Below, one piece after another: positions 31,901-41,143 of a stretch of DNA of 64,000 bases. Within the stretch, counting starts at the first letter, position 1. Each line of letters opens with the position of its first letter. Origin of the DNA: an uncultured Methanobrevibacter sp. (GTDB lineage Archaea > Methanobacteriota > Methanobacteria > Methanobacteriales > Methanobacteriaceae). Under the pieces are notes generated by a model. That model saw nothing but the letters and a program-made list of their open reading frames with translations. It did not search any database and had not been told where the DNA came from. The DNA is taken from the NCBI GenBank assembly GCA_946404245.1, contig CAMJCX010000001.1:23836-87835 (forward strand). The letters run 5' to 3'. The position numbers and the translations under genes are program-made.

Positions 31901-34900
31901 TGGAAACAGCACAAACTGGTTCTTTACAGTACCTGAAGGATATAATGTTGTAATTGAAAACATTGAGTTTGTTGATGGAGGCATAAAAGATCACGCATCA
32001 ATTGAAAATCACGGCAGTTTAACACTTAAAAACTGTACATTCACAGCTTTTGAAACTGAATCAATCATATACAATTCAGGTTCCTTAAATATAACCGGCG
32101 GAGTATTTTCACTTAATTCCATTAACAATGCTATTGTTTTAAATGATGGAAACTTATTCATCGACGGAGCTGAATTCTCAAGCAATGTCATAAACACAAA
32201 TTCAGTAGTGTACAACAATGGAAATGCAGAAATTGTTGCTTCCAATTTCACAGAAAACGTCAATAACGGAAATGGTGGTGCAATATATAACAAAAATTCA
32301 TTAACCATTAAAGACACAGTTTTCAATGAAAATGAAGGTATAAATGGCGGAGCTGTTTATAATGAAGGAACATTAGAAGTCTTAAACTCAACTTTTGAAG
32401 ATAACACTGCTAAAGGATATGGTGGTGCAATTTTCAATGACGGTGAAGCAAACATAGACAATTCATCATTTAGCGGAGGATTCAGTGAAAAGGATGGAGG
32501 TGCCCTTTACAATAATAATGTAATGATTGTGAATAATTCCAATTTAGTTGCAAATACCGCAACAGGCAATGGTGGGGCAATCTACAACAACAAAACATTG
32601 AAACTTACAGAATCCTTCTTTGGAATTAACTTCGCTTATGAGTTTGCAAACATTTACAATGCAGGTGATGTTGAAGAATTTAAAAATAACACATTCGATT
32701 TCTATGATGTGATATTATACGTACCGGATGGAGAATACGGCATTCCTACAACAATTACAGGTACACTTGATCCTCAATTCAACATGGACATGCAATTAAT
32801 ATTACCTGAATTTGTTAACTATGAAGATGCTCTAGTTACAGTTACAGACGGAATATTTGAATATAATACAGGTATTTTACCAAAAGGTGCTTATGACGTT
32901 ATATTAAATGAAATCCTTTATGACACAAACGGCAACGTATATTATGGCGAAGCAATAAGGGACAGACTTATCATTAATAAGGCAAAAGTCTACATCAATC
33001 TGACTGTAGATGACATTATCCTTAAGAATGCAGATACAGCTACACCTGTTTTAAAAATCAGCGCAAGTAAAAACGGAACTTACAGGCTTCTCTTCAATAA
33101 TAGGTTAACAACTTTCACTATTGCTGGTACTGAAGCTGAAATAACACTTGACAGCGTTGGAGAAGGAAACTACAGCGTAATGGTCATCCGTGAAGGTGAT
33201 GAAAACTTTAACGATGCAGTAAACACAACCACATTCACTGTCAGTGAATATATAGGCAATTTCATTGTCAACAGTACTGGTGGAAAATTCGACACATTAC
33301 GTGACGCTATCAGTAATTCTGCAGCTGAAGACATCATTTATGTAATGGAAGGAAATTACACTGGTGAAGGCAATACCGGATTGGAAGTTTCAGGTAAAAA
33401 GCTAACCATAATTCCAGTAGGTGTTGTTGTATTTGATGGAAGCTACACAAATTCAGGATTTTTGACTATTAATGAAAACACTGATATCACCCTAGAGGAT
33501 ATTGTAATTTCTGGATTTAAAGAAAGAGTCCTTAACAATAAAGGTAATTTGACTGTTGACGAATGTACTTTTTCCAATAATGCTTTAAAAACTACAATTA
33601 TATATAGTGAAGGAAATTTAAAAGTTGTCGAATCAGGATTTTATGACAATAGGGCATATCAAATCATTTATAGTTCGTCTAATATTATTATTAATGAATC
33701 AGTATTTGAAAACAATACTGTATATTATTCTAATGGCTACATCATTCATATGAAATCAGTGGAATCAGCGAAAATTACATCAACTAAATTTGTTGAAAAC
33801 AGAATTGTAGGTTCTGGTATTTATGTTGATGATTGTGATGATGTTCTCATTAATGCGGAATTTTACAATAATACTCTAGGCGATGCTATTTTATCAGGAG
33901 GAGTTCGTACAGACTTAAATATTGAAAATTCCATATTCTCAGGAAATACTTTGGTGTCTGCAATCACTTCAACAGGTTCAAAAACTCTAAATATAAAAGG
34001 TTCTACATTCACAGATAATACTGTTAAAAATGTTGTTTATAGTAACGACGAAAAATTATATGTTATTGGATCCACATTTTCTGCCAACACACTTTCAGGC
34101 AGTGGTGCATTAGACATTAGAACAAGAGATGTAACTGTCGATGACTGTTTGTTTGCAGAGAATAAGGCAGACGAATACAGAAATATCTATAGTGTTAACC
34201 CTAATGTGAAAATTACCAATTCAGTATTTGATGCTAAAGTTGATTGTAATGTTAGCGATATTGACTACGGACAAACTGAAATAATTAATGGTACTATTGA
34301 CATAGGTACAAACTTCGACTTCAATGTCAATATAAACATTAACAACAAAGTCTATCCAGTCAACGTGACTAACAATAAATTCACCTACACTTTAAGCAAT
34401 CTTACAGGTGGAGAATATGAGGTTGTATTAAATCCAGAAGACGATAATTCAAACACTTTCGTATTTGATAAAATAACCAAAACATTCGCTGTTAATCGTA
34501 TTGATCCTGGATTAAAAGTTACAATATCAAATATTACTCAGGGTGAAAAATTAGAAGTTAATGCTGAACTCATCAATAATGCCACCGATAAGATTCTCTA
34601 TCAATTGAATGGAAAATGGTATGATGAAGCTCAACTTGAAAATATCACATTGACACATGGTAATTATTTTGTTACAGCGGCATATGGTGGAAATAAAAAC
34701 TACTATCCAGTTGGTATACCAATTTATGTTGAAGTTTACAAAATAACTCCAAACATTACTGTAAGTGATGCTGAAGCTAACTATGGTGAAGATATTGAAA
34801 TTAATGTAAAAGTCGATGTTGCTGATTATTATACATTATTTATAGACAATGGATACGATGATTCAGTTTCATTGTATATTGACGGCAACGGAACCTTTAC

Positions 34901-37900
34901 AATCCCAAGTGAAAACTTAAAACCTGGAAAATATGAAATCAAAGTTTATAAAATTGAAACTGACGACTATAATGAAGCATATGGCTATGCCAATTTAACA
35001 ATTAATAATGCTACAGGACTCTTCAGAATATCAAATAACACTATTAAGTATGGTGAAAATGTAACAGTTAGAGTAACATCTCCGGTCAATGCATATGGAA
35101 ACATTACATACATAGTATATGATAGTGATGTTAATGTAGTTTATACCGTCACACAATCCTGTGTTGAAGATCTTGTTCTTCCTAATTTAAGTGTTGGAAA
35201 ATATATTATCACAGGTACTTTTGAAGGCGATTCCTACTACACTAAAGAATCTAAAGTCATTTCTGGTATTTTAAACATCATTGCTGGCTATGTAAACTTA
35301 AACGTTACTGTATCCAATATAACCTACGGCGAAAATGCAGTGGTTACTGTTGATGCAGATGCTGATGGTAAATACCTTGTTTATGTAGGCAATGAAACTT
35401 ATGAAGTCACTGTTATTAACGGTACAGGAAATGTATCTGTTTCCGATTTAACTGTTGGAACTTATAAGGTTAATGTATCCGCTGCTGATGATAATTACTC
35501 TGCATTTAATGAAACAGTATTCGAAGTAATTCCTAAATCTGTTTCCATTGAAGTTTCTGTTGAAAACATAGTAGAAGGAGAAAACGCTGTCTTTACAGTC
35601 AAAGCTGATGTTGATGGTAAATATCTCGTTAATGTGGGTAATGAAACTTATGAAGTCACTGTTACAGACGGTACAGGAAATGTATCCGTTCCGGACTTGA
35701 CCGCAGGAAAATATGATGTTAACGTAACTGCTGATAACGGCAATTACACAGGATCAAATTCCACAGCATTCACTGTTAAACATACCACAATTCTTGTTCC
35801 GGATGTTGTTGTGGATGAAAATAATGTAACAATAACCGTTAATGTTGATGAAGATGCTACCGGATTTGTTAAATTCACAACCGGCGGTAACGACCTATTT
35901 GTTGAAGTTAAAGATGGTAAAGCTTTCATAAATACTGTTCTTCCTGTTGGAAATTACACAGTTGTTGCAACATATATCGGTGATGATAACTTTGCTGCAA
36001 ACAGCACTGACATTAACTTCACAGTTGAGGAAAAACCTCTCATAGACACACCGATTGCAATTGACACTCAAATAGATGAAAATAATATCACTATGATTGT
36101 TAGTGTTGATGAAAACGCAACAGGTCTTGTCAAATTTGAAGTTACCGGTGCTGAAGAATACACAGTATATGCAGAAGTTGAAAACGGAAAAGCAATACTT
36201 GAAGACGTACTTACTGTTGGAGATTACACAGTAGTTGCAACCTATCTTGGTGATGACAACTACAATTCCAACTCCACAGAAGAGTCATTTACTATTGTGG
36301 GCCACGTTAAAAAAGACACTACAATAAATGCAGTCCCTACCGTTAACGGAACTACTGTAACTATCGTATCCACTGTTGATGAAAACGCTACAGGATACGT
36401 TACTATTGCAATTTTAGGACAAACATTCGTTGTTCCTGTTGAAAATGGTAAAGCAGAATTTAAGTATGATTTCGCTCCTGGAACCTACAGTTCAGTTGTA
36501 ACCTATGTAGGAGATGATGATTTCAATAATGCAAGCACAACTGCTACATTTACAGTGACTGAACAACATGTCGAGTTGAAAAATACAACAATTGATGTTA
36601 ATGTTGGTTCTCTTGAAAATGATGTGACTATTACTGCTACTGTTGACAGTTCTGCAAGTGGCCTTATAGAATTCAATATTGACGGCGAATCAGTTTACCT
36701 TGCAGTTAATAACGGTGAGGCAAGCTATAATCTCATATTGCCTGCAGGAAATTACACAGTCGTTGCAACCTATCTTGGTGATGACAAGTTCAACTCAAAC
36801 AGAACATCCAAGGCATTTACTGTAACTGATCACATTAAACAGAACACAACAATTTCTTCAGATGTCGTTGTTAATGAAAATAATGTGACAATAATTGTTA
36901 CAGTTGATGAGGATGCAACCGGATTTGTCAAGTTCACAACAAGTGCTTCCGACATATTTGCTGAAGTTAAAAACGGTAAAGCTATTGTAAATACTGTTCT
37001 TCCAGCAGGAAATTACACAATAGTTGCTGCATACCTTGGTGATGATAACTTTAACGCTAACAGTACTGAAATAAACTTCTCTGTTGTAGAAAAACAACTT
37101 AACGACACCCCTATTGACATTGATATTCAAATAGATGAAAATAATGTCACTATAACTGTTGGTGTCGATGAAAACGCAACAGGTCTTGTCAAGTTTGAAG
37201 TTACCGGTGCTGAAGAATACACAGTATATGCAGAAGTTGAAAACGGAAAAGCAATACTTGAAGACATACTTCAAGCCGGAGAATACACAGTCGTTGCAAC
37301 CTATATGGGTGATGAAAACTTTAACATGAACTCAACTGCTGAAACATTCAATATAGTGGGCCATGTTAAAAAAGACACTGCAATAACTGCAGTTCCTACT
37401 GTTGACGGCACTTCTGTAACTATCGTATCAACTGTTGATAAGAACGCTACAGGATACATCACTATTGCAATTTTAGGTCAAACATTCGTTGTTCCTGTAA
37501 AAGATGGAGAAGCTGTTTTCACTTATGATTTCGCTCCTGCAACATACAGTTCTGTTGTAACCTATTTGGGTGACGATGATTTCAATAATGCAAGCACAAC
37601 CGCTTCATTTACAGTGACTGAACAACATGTCGAGTTGAAAAATACAACAATTGATGTTACTGTAGGTGCTCTAGAAAATGATGTGACTATTACTGCTACT
37701 GTTGACAGTTCTGCAAGCGGCCTTATAGAATTCAATATTGGTGGCGAATCAGTTTACCTTGCAGTTAATAACGGTGAAGCAAGCTATAATCTCATATTGC
37801 CTGCTGGAAATTACACCGTAGATGTAACTTACTTAGGTGATGACAAGTTCAACTCAAACAGAACATCCAAGGCATTTACCGTAACTGACCACATTAAACA

Positions 37901-39290
37901 GAACACAACAATTGCTTCAGATGTTGCTGTTGATGATAATAACGTTATGATTACAGTTACTGTTAATGAAGATGCAACTGGATTTGTTAAATTCACTACA
38001 AGCGGCACAGACATATTTGCTGAGGTCAAAGACGGTAAGGCTGTTGTAAATACTGTTCTTCCAGCTGGAAATTACACAGTTGCTGCTGAATATCTTGGTG
38101 ATGATGAATTTAATGCAAATGAAACTGTAATTTCATTCTCCGTAGCTGATCCTGAAAGCACTGTTGTAAACATTACTATTCCGGAAGACCTCAGACCTGG
38201 AGATAATGCAACAGTTAAAGTTGAAATTCCTAATGCTACAGGAAACGTTACTGTTATTGTTGACGGAAAAGAAACTGTTGTTGAACTGGTTAATGGAAGC
38301 GCTGAAGTTCCTATCGCAGGAGTTACAGAAGGTGACCATAATGTTGTTGTAATTTACTCAGGTGACGATAAACACGCTCCAGCTTACGACATATCCAATT
38401 TCACCGTACGTAATTACATTGCAACCAAGTTTGCAAACATTACAATTATGGAGAACTTGAATATTGAGGCTTTATTATTGGATGCTGACGGCAACCCTAT
38501 TGCTAACGCAGTTATCAGTTATGCAGTCGGTAATAATACAGGCACTACTACAACCAATGCTAACGGTTTATTCAAAGTTGCAGGCATACTCGGTGAAGTA
38601 ATTGAATTCAGTTATGCAGGAAACGATAAATATCTTCCTACAAACACTTCCATTAAATTTGAAAGGACTATCCCTCCATTGATACCTACTCAATTTAATG
38701 TGACAGACGGATTCAGATTGCAAGTTTATGCTGTTGATTATAGAGCTGGTGAAAGAGGAGCATACTTTGACGTACTGTTAACTGATATTAATGGTTATCG
38801 TCTTGTAAACCAAACTGTGTTATTTGCTATCAACGGTTTTGTCCACATCAAGACTACTGATGCTAACGGTGTGGCACATCTTCAAATCAACCTACTGACT
38901 GCAAACTACTACACCTGTGCTCCGTGTTACCTTGGAAACGAAACATACAACGCAACATTCGCTTCTGCAATGATTGATGTAATCAAAAAACCGACTTCAA
39001 TTTCTGCAGCTGCTAAATCATACAAAGTGACTGCAAAAACCAAGAAATACACAGTTACTTTAAAAACCATTAAAGGATCCTCCTCTAACGGTAAAATTTA
39101 CCTCAAAAAGGGTAAACTTGTAAAAATCACTGTGAACGGTAAAACATACTCTGGCAGGACTAACGCTAAAGGACAAGTTACCTTCTCACTCAAATTGACC
39201 AAGAAAGGTATTTTCCAAGCAGTCATTAAGTATGGCGGAGACAAGACATACGAAGCGTCAACCAAAAAAGTAAAAATAACAATTAAATAG
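25941..39290 (+). CDS. Giant adhesin-like protein (4449 aa) with beta-helix (GGAI/FxxN) modules and Ig-like repeats
   Basis: Signal peptide MKKKTIGILL...ISAAD; many FxxN.A..GGAI repeats; Ig-like G.Y.V.A.Y.GD.N repeats; Lys-rich C-terminal domain typical of Methanobrevibacter adhesins. Confidence 0.92.
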   Translation: MKKKTIGILLIILVMFISIGAISAADANETLMEEVSDTEIATTSVAIEQDNAISPDSESGGDVEINVTDSRDEKSISNEVKVTSKSNEVLSASSDDVLKASSNCFYWVEDGSWYEDLRDAMDHIASSSSKTGTILVNAGTYTELDRVTCGDIYIHFESAATITIQPFNKGDTVIFDGSVAKNNYLFWLDHQDLKVTFNDITFKKGHATADGGAIEVAHGQVTLNNCILTENEALDHGGAVSVADAGTFIANNCRFINNWAEDDGGAISCEDDGTVELNNCYFEGNKKIKDGIEEENDFGYEDGAGKPGFWTFDDCLFKGHGSLDIAPDAPSQSVEITPDVEDEGVNYAVLYLNGEEYKRKLCDSINPATFEDLEPGTYTVYMMKEWEKRYIYPDNTFTIIEANFVLDDKDVFETLSAAVNAIPNGGSGVITVEANTYTGSANFNVQIRNKVVTIRPKIISEYEDTVIFSADSQSYLLNVGSDAQLILEDIVITGKFSDAALIFTSDLESSITDCEFNNIKNSENQPGTPIDAQNSKLELNGTNFELNGNIILKNTVATINECTFTNNTGEQGGAIDANPSSDLTITSSEFTHNIANEGGAIYATNLKVEGSEFTLNVAELGGAVYITDNSDSLVNITTSVFDSNLATNSRNIYSASPTRKFNLEFNEYDLDLSMNEKDASYGADYILTGVFDWGSNLNNDVTLLSGTIDENIFGEVLTVENNTFNINLGVLSGGTHELAMIGMFTQGDSADHFYTHMYYSDLNGNEFYLTNPAYLKVVIAKAVILLNLEVKDVLLPEIPVLNVYANWDNNYTIFIGNKYYPLEVVNGKGSMQLTGLDLGNYSVVAMRDADENFDFVMNFTTFSISKTYSNFIVLSTNVEYDTLAEAVANSDAEDTIYVKKGTYTDTKIVISNKTLDIVALENAVFDAQGSDANFIIINQNAEVYIHGITFRGIHNRNTNYGAIVNHGYLSVDSCNFTDNKITKTSFAGNGGAAIFSDGESLEIDNCNFINNVAPLKASTAAVTSLGYEDISITDSKFINNTARDGGAVHFENISQFEPAIISCEFEQNTAVKGSAIYVGNNSRYVSVTLSNFVKNNVKNSLGEKAQLEGGAIYVNANNDDVALDISLSNFEHNSNSDVDGGAICLDGSSNAFIDSCVFNNNSGKLGSAILIKNPNDKKLTLLVDSSAFINNHATNGAVATSPRVTALFDECIFANNTGENRNIYSNGFTVAHDTVFDVKDAKLSALSVSYGNDSIIKGTVDIGANIYSAANLTVAGENVIVEVENNKFTYNAGVLNQGKHTAVLNNVVDMNNNTYLMDSITVNFKVNRAGVEFNVSVDNITYGETLKVVETLPSTVSGTVSYQLNGKYYTKDELESLKLDAGNYTLVASYNNENYVPSTSIINFVVNKANPTISVEDVEVEDNGTVVVNIKTNVPSIYTIEIGDYKTDKYVNGSRSVEIDKIFEPGTYTIKVTSQERVNYISNFTEATLKVTKTLGAFTLSASNKVTSPNNAIIGVSAPENAVGNITYTITDSNKNVVKTLTQSCRDDLIVSGLDAGDYEINAVFEGDDLYYSTSNIKMAPLSIMRSANNEDIRTSGEDDYNDDEYYNYPFIYQEDEDSDYEYYETLEEAIDAASLMGGIITVRGGTYYYEDGNAGIDIEGELEITIRAFEGEEVIFDCQHESDFLYLTYDTEVEVIEAVPPIPVIYNTPGPTITLENLTVINGYAVSDGAVIEMDAGILTLMNCNFYNNDAEYGGVIYIGSASSDQDADVIAVNCTFINNTARSEGGAIYISEGLEQFVSASFAGCTFLDNYQGEGDERTMNYFAGDAVEEIVKKACVFNGKGTLDFNMDKINQTVTVVGTSEDVFDSVVLMYFGHVPLYSIYNNGSQSFNVTFEDVMGGNYTIGVMNDHDLNTYIFTDKQFEMKVPNFIISADEVYENLTDAIGNVTDNGIIYANANYHIDENMEIVFNKSFTLKNFRDRMVVFDGNSTNWFFTVPEGYNVVIENIEFVDGGIKDHASIENHGSLTLKNCTFTAFETESIIYNSGSLNITGGVFSLNSINNAIVLNDGNLFIDGAEFSSNVINTNSVVYNNGNAEIVASNFTENVNNGNGGAIYNKNSLTIKDTVFNENEGINGGAVYNEGTLEVLNSTFEDNTAKGYGGAIFNDGEANIDNSSFSGGFSEKDGGALYNNNVMIVNNSNLVANTATGNGGAIYNNKTLKLTESFFGINFAYEFANIYNAGDVEEFKNNTFDFYDVILYVPDGEYGIPTTITGTLDPQFNMDMQLILPEFVNYEDALVTVTDGIFEYNTGILPKGAYDVILNEILYDTNGNVYYGEAIRDRLIINKAKVYINLTVDDIILKNADTATPVLKISASKNGTYRLLFNNRLTTFTIAGTEAEITLDSVGEGNYSVMVIREGDENFNDAVNTTTFTVSEYIGNFIVNSTGGKFDTLRDAISNSAAEDIIYVMEGNYTGEGNTGLEVSGKKLTIIPVGVVVFDGSYTNSGFLTINENTDITLEDIVISGFKERVLNNKGNLTVDECTFSNNALKTTIIYSEGNLKVVESGFYDNRAYQIIYSSSNIIINESVFENNTVYYSNGYIIHMKSVESAKITSTKFVENRIVGSGIYVDDCDDVLINAEFYNNTLGDAILSGGVRTDLNIENSIFSGNTLVSAITSTGSKTLNIKGSTFTDNTVKNVVYSNDEKLYVIGSTFSANTLSGSGALDIRTRDVTVDDCLFAENKADEYRNIYSVNPNVKITNSVFDAKVDCNVSDIDYGQTEIINGTIDIGTNFDFNVNININNKVYPVNVTNNKFTYTLSNLTGGEYEVVLNPEDDNSNTFVFDKITKTFAVNRIDPGLKVTISNITQGEKLEVNAELINNATDKILYQLNGKWYDEAQLENITLTHGNYFVTAAYGGNKNYYPVGIPIYVEVYKITPNITVSDAEANYGEDIEINVKVDVADYYTLFIDNGYDDSVSLYIDGNGTFTIPSENLKPGKYEIKVYKIETDDYNEAYGYANLTINNATGLFRISNNTIKYGENVTVRVTSPVNAYGNITYIVYDSDVNVVYTVTQSCVEDLVLPNLSVGKYIITGTFEGDSYYTKESKVISGILNIIAGYVNLNVTVSNITYGENAVVTVDADADGKYLVYVGNETYEVTVINGTGNVSVSDLTVGTYKVNVSAADDNYSAFNETVFEVIPKSVSIEVSVENIVEGENAVFTVKADVDGKYLVNVGNETYEVTVTDGTGNVSVPDLTAGKYDVNVTADNGNYTGSNSTAFTVKHTTILVPDVVVDENNVTITVNVDEDATGFVKFTTGGNDLFVEVKDGKAFINTVLPVGNYTVVATYIGDDNFAANSTDINFTVEEKPLIDTPIAIDTQIDENNITMIVSVDENATGLVKFEVTGAEEYTVYAEVENGKAILEDVLTVGDYTVVATYLGDDNYNSNSTEESFTIVGHVKKDTTINAVPTVNGTTVTIVSTVDENATGYVTIAILGQTFVVPVENGKAEFKYDFAPGTYSSVVTYVGDDDFNNASTTATFTVTEQHVELKNTTIDVNVGSLENDVTITATVDSSASGLIEFNIDGESVYLAVNNGEASYNLILPAGNYTVVATYLGDDKFNSNRTSKAFTVTDHIKQNTTISSDVVVNENNVTIIVTVDEDATGFVKFTTSASDIFAEVKNGKAIVNTVLPAGNYTIVAAYLGDDNFNANSTEINFSVVEKQLNDTPIDIDIQIDENNVTITVGVDENATGLVKFEVTGAEEYTVYAEVENGKAILEDILQAGEYTVVATYMGDENFNMNSTAETFNIVGHVKKDTAITAVPTVDGTSVTIVSTVDKNATGYITIAILGQTFVVPVKDGEAVFTYDFAPATYSSVVTYLGDDDFNNASTTASFTVTEQHVELKNTTIDVTVGALENDVTITATVDSSASGLIEFNIGGESVYLAVNNGEASYNLILPAGNYTVDVTYLGDDKFNSNRTSKAFTVTDHIKQNTTIASDVAVDDNNVMITVTVNEDATGFVKFTTSGTDIFAEVKDGKAVVNTVLPAGNYTVAAEYLGDDEFNANETVISFSVADPESTVVNITIPEDLRPGDNATVKVEIPNATGNVTVIVDGKETVVELVNGSAEVPIAGVTEGDHNVVVIYSGDDKHAPAYDISNFTVRNYIATKFANITIMENLNIEALLLDADGNPIANAVISYAVGNNTGTTTTNANGLFKVAGILGEVIEFSYAGNDKYLPTNTSIKFERTIPPLIPTQFNVTDGFRLQVYAVDYRAGERGAYFDVLLTDINGYRLVNQTVLFAINGFVHIKTTDANGVAHLQINLLTANYYTCAPCYLGNETYNATFASAMIDVIKKPTSISAAAKSYKVTAKTKKYTVTLKTIKGSSSNGKIYLKKGKLVKITVNGKTYSGRTNAKGQVTFSLKLTKKGIFQAVIKYGGDKTYEASTKKVKITIK
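35790..38150 (+). repeat. Recent intragenic tandem duplication, period 1059 bp (4 Ig-like domains), about 2.2 copies
   Basis: GAAAACGCAACAGGTCTTGTCAA at 36111 and 37170; GAACAACATGTCGAGTTGAAAAATAC at 36561 and 37620. Confidence 0.88.
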
Positions 39291-39322
39291 TGAGATAACC
39301 TCTCACTCCTTTTTCTTTTTTT
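39289..39322 (+). terminator. Hairpin plus T-tract terminator after the adhesin
   Basis: AGTGAGA-TAACC-TCTCACT followed by CCTTTTCTTTTTT. Confidence 0.7.
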
Positions 39323-39360
39323 CTAAAAATATATTTATTTTAAAATTCATATTAATATTC

Positions 39361-40284
39361 ATGACCTTAAAAGTCTCGGATATTGGTGAAAAAGAATTGG
39401 TCAGATATATTATTGCCAATTCAAAGGATATAACTCCCGATGATACTGCCATTACAGCATTAACTGATTCTAATTTGATTTCAACATGTGACATGCTGAT
39501 TCAATCAAGACATTTTCCAAAAAACATGTCCTATTTTGACATGGGCTTCAAGTCAGTCACTGTCAACGTCAGTGATCTTGCGGCCATGGGGGCTGAACCT
39601 TTAGGATTTTTATTGTCCATTGCAATACCTAAGGATTTGGATGTCGATTCATTTAAGCAAATCATTGAAGGTGTATTAAGCGCATGTAACTACTATTCAA
39701 TCCCTCTTATTGGAGGAGACACAAACGAAGCCTATGAGATAATAATTTCCGGAACCGCTTTGGGACTTGCTGAGAGTCCCTTGATGAAGGACACTTATGA
39801 AATCGGTGACTTGATAGCTGTAACGGGTGGCATTGGCCTTGCGGCATTGGGCTTTGAACTGGAGACCTTGGATAATGTTTATACCAAACGTTCATTGAAG
39901 CCTGAAGCCAAAATAAGGGAAGGACTGATTTTAAAGGATTTTGCCACATCGGCCACCGACATTACCGACGGCCTTGCAAGCGAACTGTATGAAATCAAAA
40001 GGGACGGCTTCGGATTCATGATTTATGAGGAGTTTCTGGGAATAACTGACGAGTACAAGGAGATTTCAGAAAAACTCAATCTTGATTATCTGGACCTGAT
40101 ACTTCATGTCGGGGAGGATTTTGAACTGCTTTTCACCATTTCAAAGGACAATCTTGAAAAACTGCCTATTGACGTTAAGGTAATCGGTGAAGTAACAGAT
40201 TCAGACGTTGTTGAACTTACACTTGAAAACGGATTTGTTGAAGAGATAAAAAACAGTGGCTATGAGCATTATGTTAGTGAGTAG
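39361..40284 (+). CDS. thiL: Thiamine-monophosphate kinase
   Basis: GEKELV, DDTA, NVSDLAAMGA.P, GGDTN, TDITDGLA, GEDFELLFT. Confidence 0.93.
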   Translation: MTLKVSDIGEKELVRYIIANSKDITPDDTAITALTDSNLISTCDMLIQSRHFPKNMSYFDMGFKSVTVNVSDLAAMGAEPLGFLLSIAIPKDLDVDSFKQIIEGVLSACNYYSIPLIGGDTNEAYEIIISGTALGLAESPLMKDTYEIGDLIAVTGGIGLAALGFELETLDNVYTKRSLKPEAKIREGLILKDFATSATDITDGLASELYEIKRDGFGFMIYEEFLGITDEYKEISEKLNLDYLDLILHVGEDFELLFTISKDNLEKLPIDVKVIGEVTDSDVVELTLENGFVEEIKNSGYEHYVSE

Positions 40285-41143
40285 GGATTTATACAAAAAA
40301 AGCTCCAAGACACAGAAAATCAGATGTGAGATTTGTGCAAACTACTGCAAGATTGCCGACGGCAGCGTTGGGGTTTGCAGACAGCATAAAAACATTAACG
40401 GAGAGCTGTTTGATGAGTCATATGGAATAGTTTCTTCCCTAAGTCCGGACCCTGTTGAAAAAAAGCCTTTGAATCATTTTCTGCCAGGCACATTGACATA
40501 TTCCATAGGCGGTTTTGGGTGTAACATGACATGTTTGCACTGTCAGAACTATATGATATCCCAGGAATATGATAAAAATACAAGAGGCATTAAAATAACA
40601 CCAGAAGCGATTGTGGAAAATGCACTCAATTACAATTGCAAGTCAATTGCTTGGACCTATAATGAACCTACGATACACTTGCCATTCACCAAGAAAACTT
40701 CCCTTCTGGCAAGGCGGGAAAACCTGAAGGTAATCTATGTAAGCAACGGATACTATTCCGACAAGTCCATGGAAGAGGTTTTGACTTTTGTAGATGCATT
40801 CAACATAGACTTGAAATCCATGTCCGGGGATTTTTACAAAAAAGTCTGCGGTGCCGACCTCGATATCGTTTTGGACAATGTCCGAAGGATTTATCTTGAG
40901 GGAAAACATCTTGAAATTACAAATCTGATTATCAATGACAAAAACGATTCTATTGATGAAATTAGTGAATTATGCGATTTTGTTTTAACTGAACTGGGTC
41001 CGGAAGTTCCGCTTCACTTTTCAAGGGCATTTCCTTACTATAAGATGAATGACATTTCACCAACAAGACCTGAAATTCTGTTTAAGGCACGTGAAATTGC
41101 TATAGAAAAAGGAATTGAAAACGTTTATTTAGGCAATATTTAG
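40271..41143 (+). CDS. amrS: AmmeMemoRadiSam-type radical SAM enzyme
   Basis: C..C...C N-terminal cluster, DPVEKKPL.HF, GCNMTCLHCQN, TYNEP, NIDLK, PLHFSR, VYLGN. Confidence 0.85.
   Translation: MLVSRDLYKKSSKTQKIRCEICANYCKIADGSVGVCRQHKNINGELFDESYGIVSSLSPDPVEKKPLNHFLPGTLTYSIGGFGCNMTCLHCQNYMISQEYDKNTRGIKITPEAIVENALNYNCKSIAWTYNEPTIHLPFTKKTSLLARRENLKVIYVSNGYYSDKSMEEVLTFVDAFNIDLKSMSGDFYKKVCGADLDIVLDNVRRIYLEGKHLEITNLIINDKNDSIDEISELCDFVLTELGPEVPLHFSRAFPYYKMNDISPTRPEILFKAREIAIEKGIENVYLGNI

Noticed and set aside
35790-38150. Adhesin repeat pair as a diversity-generating retroelement TR/VR
   Set aside because: Both copies are in frame in one ORF, differences are not confined to adenines, and no reverse transcriptase is present in the window
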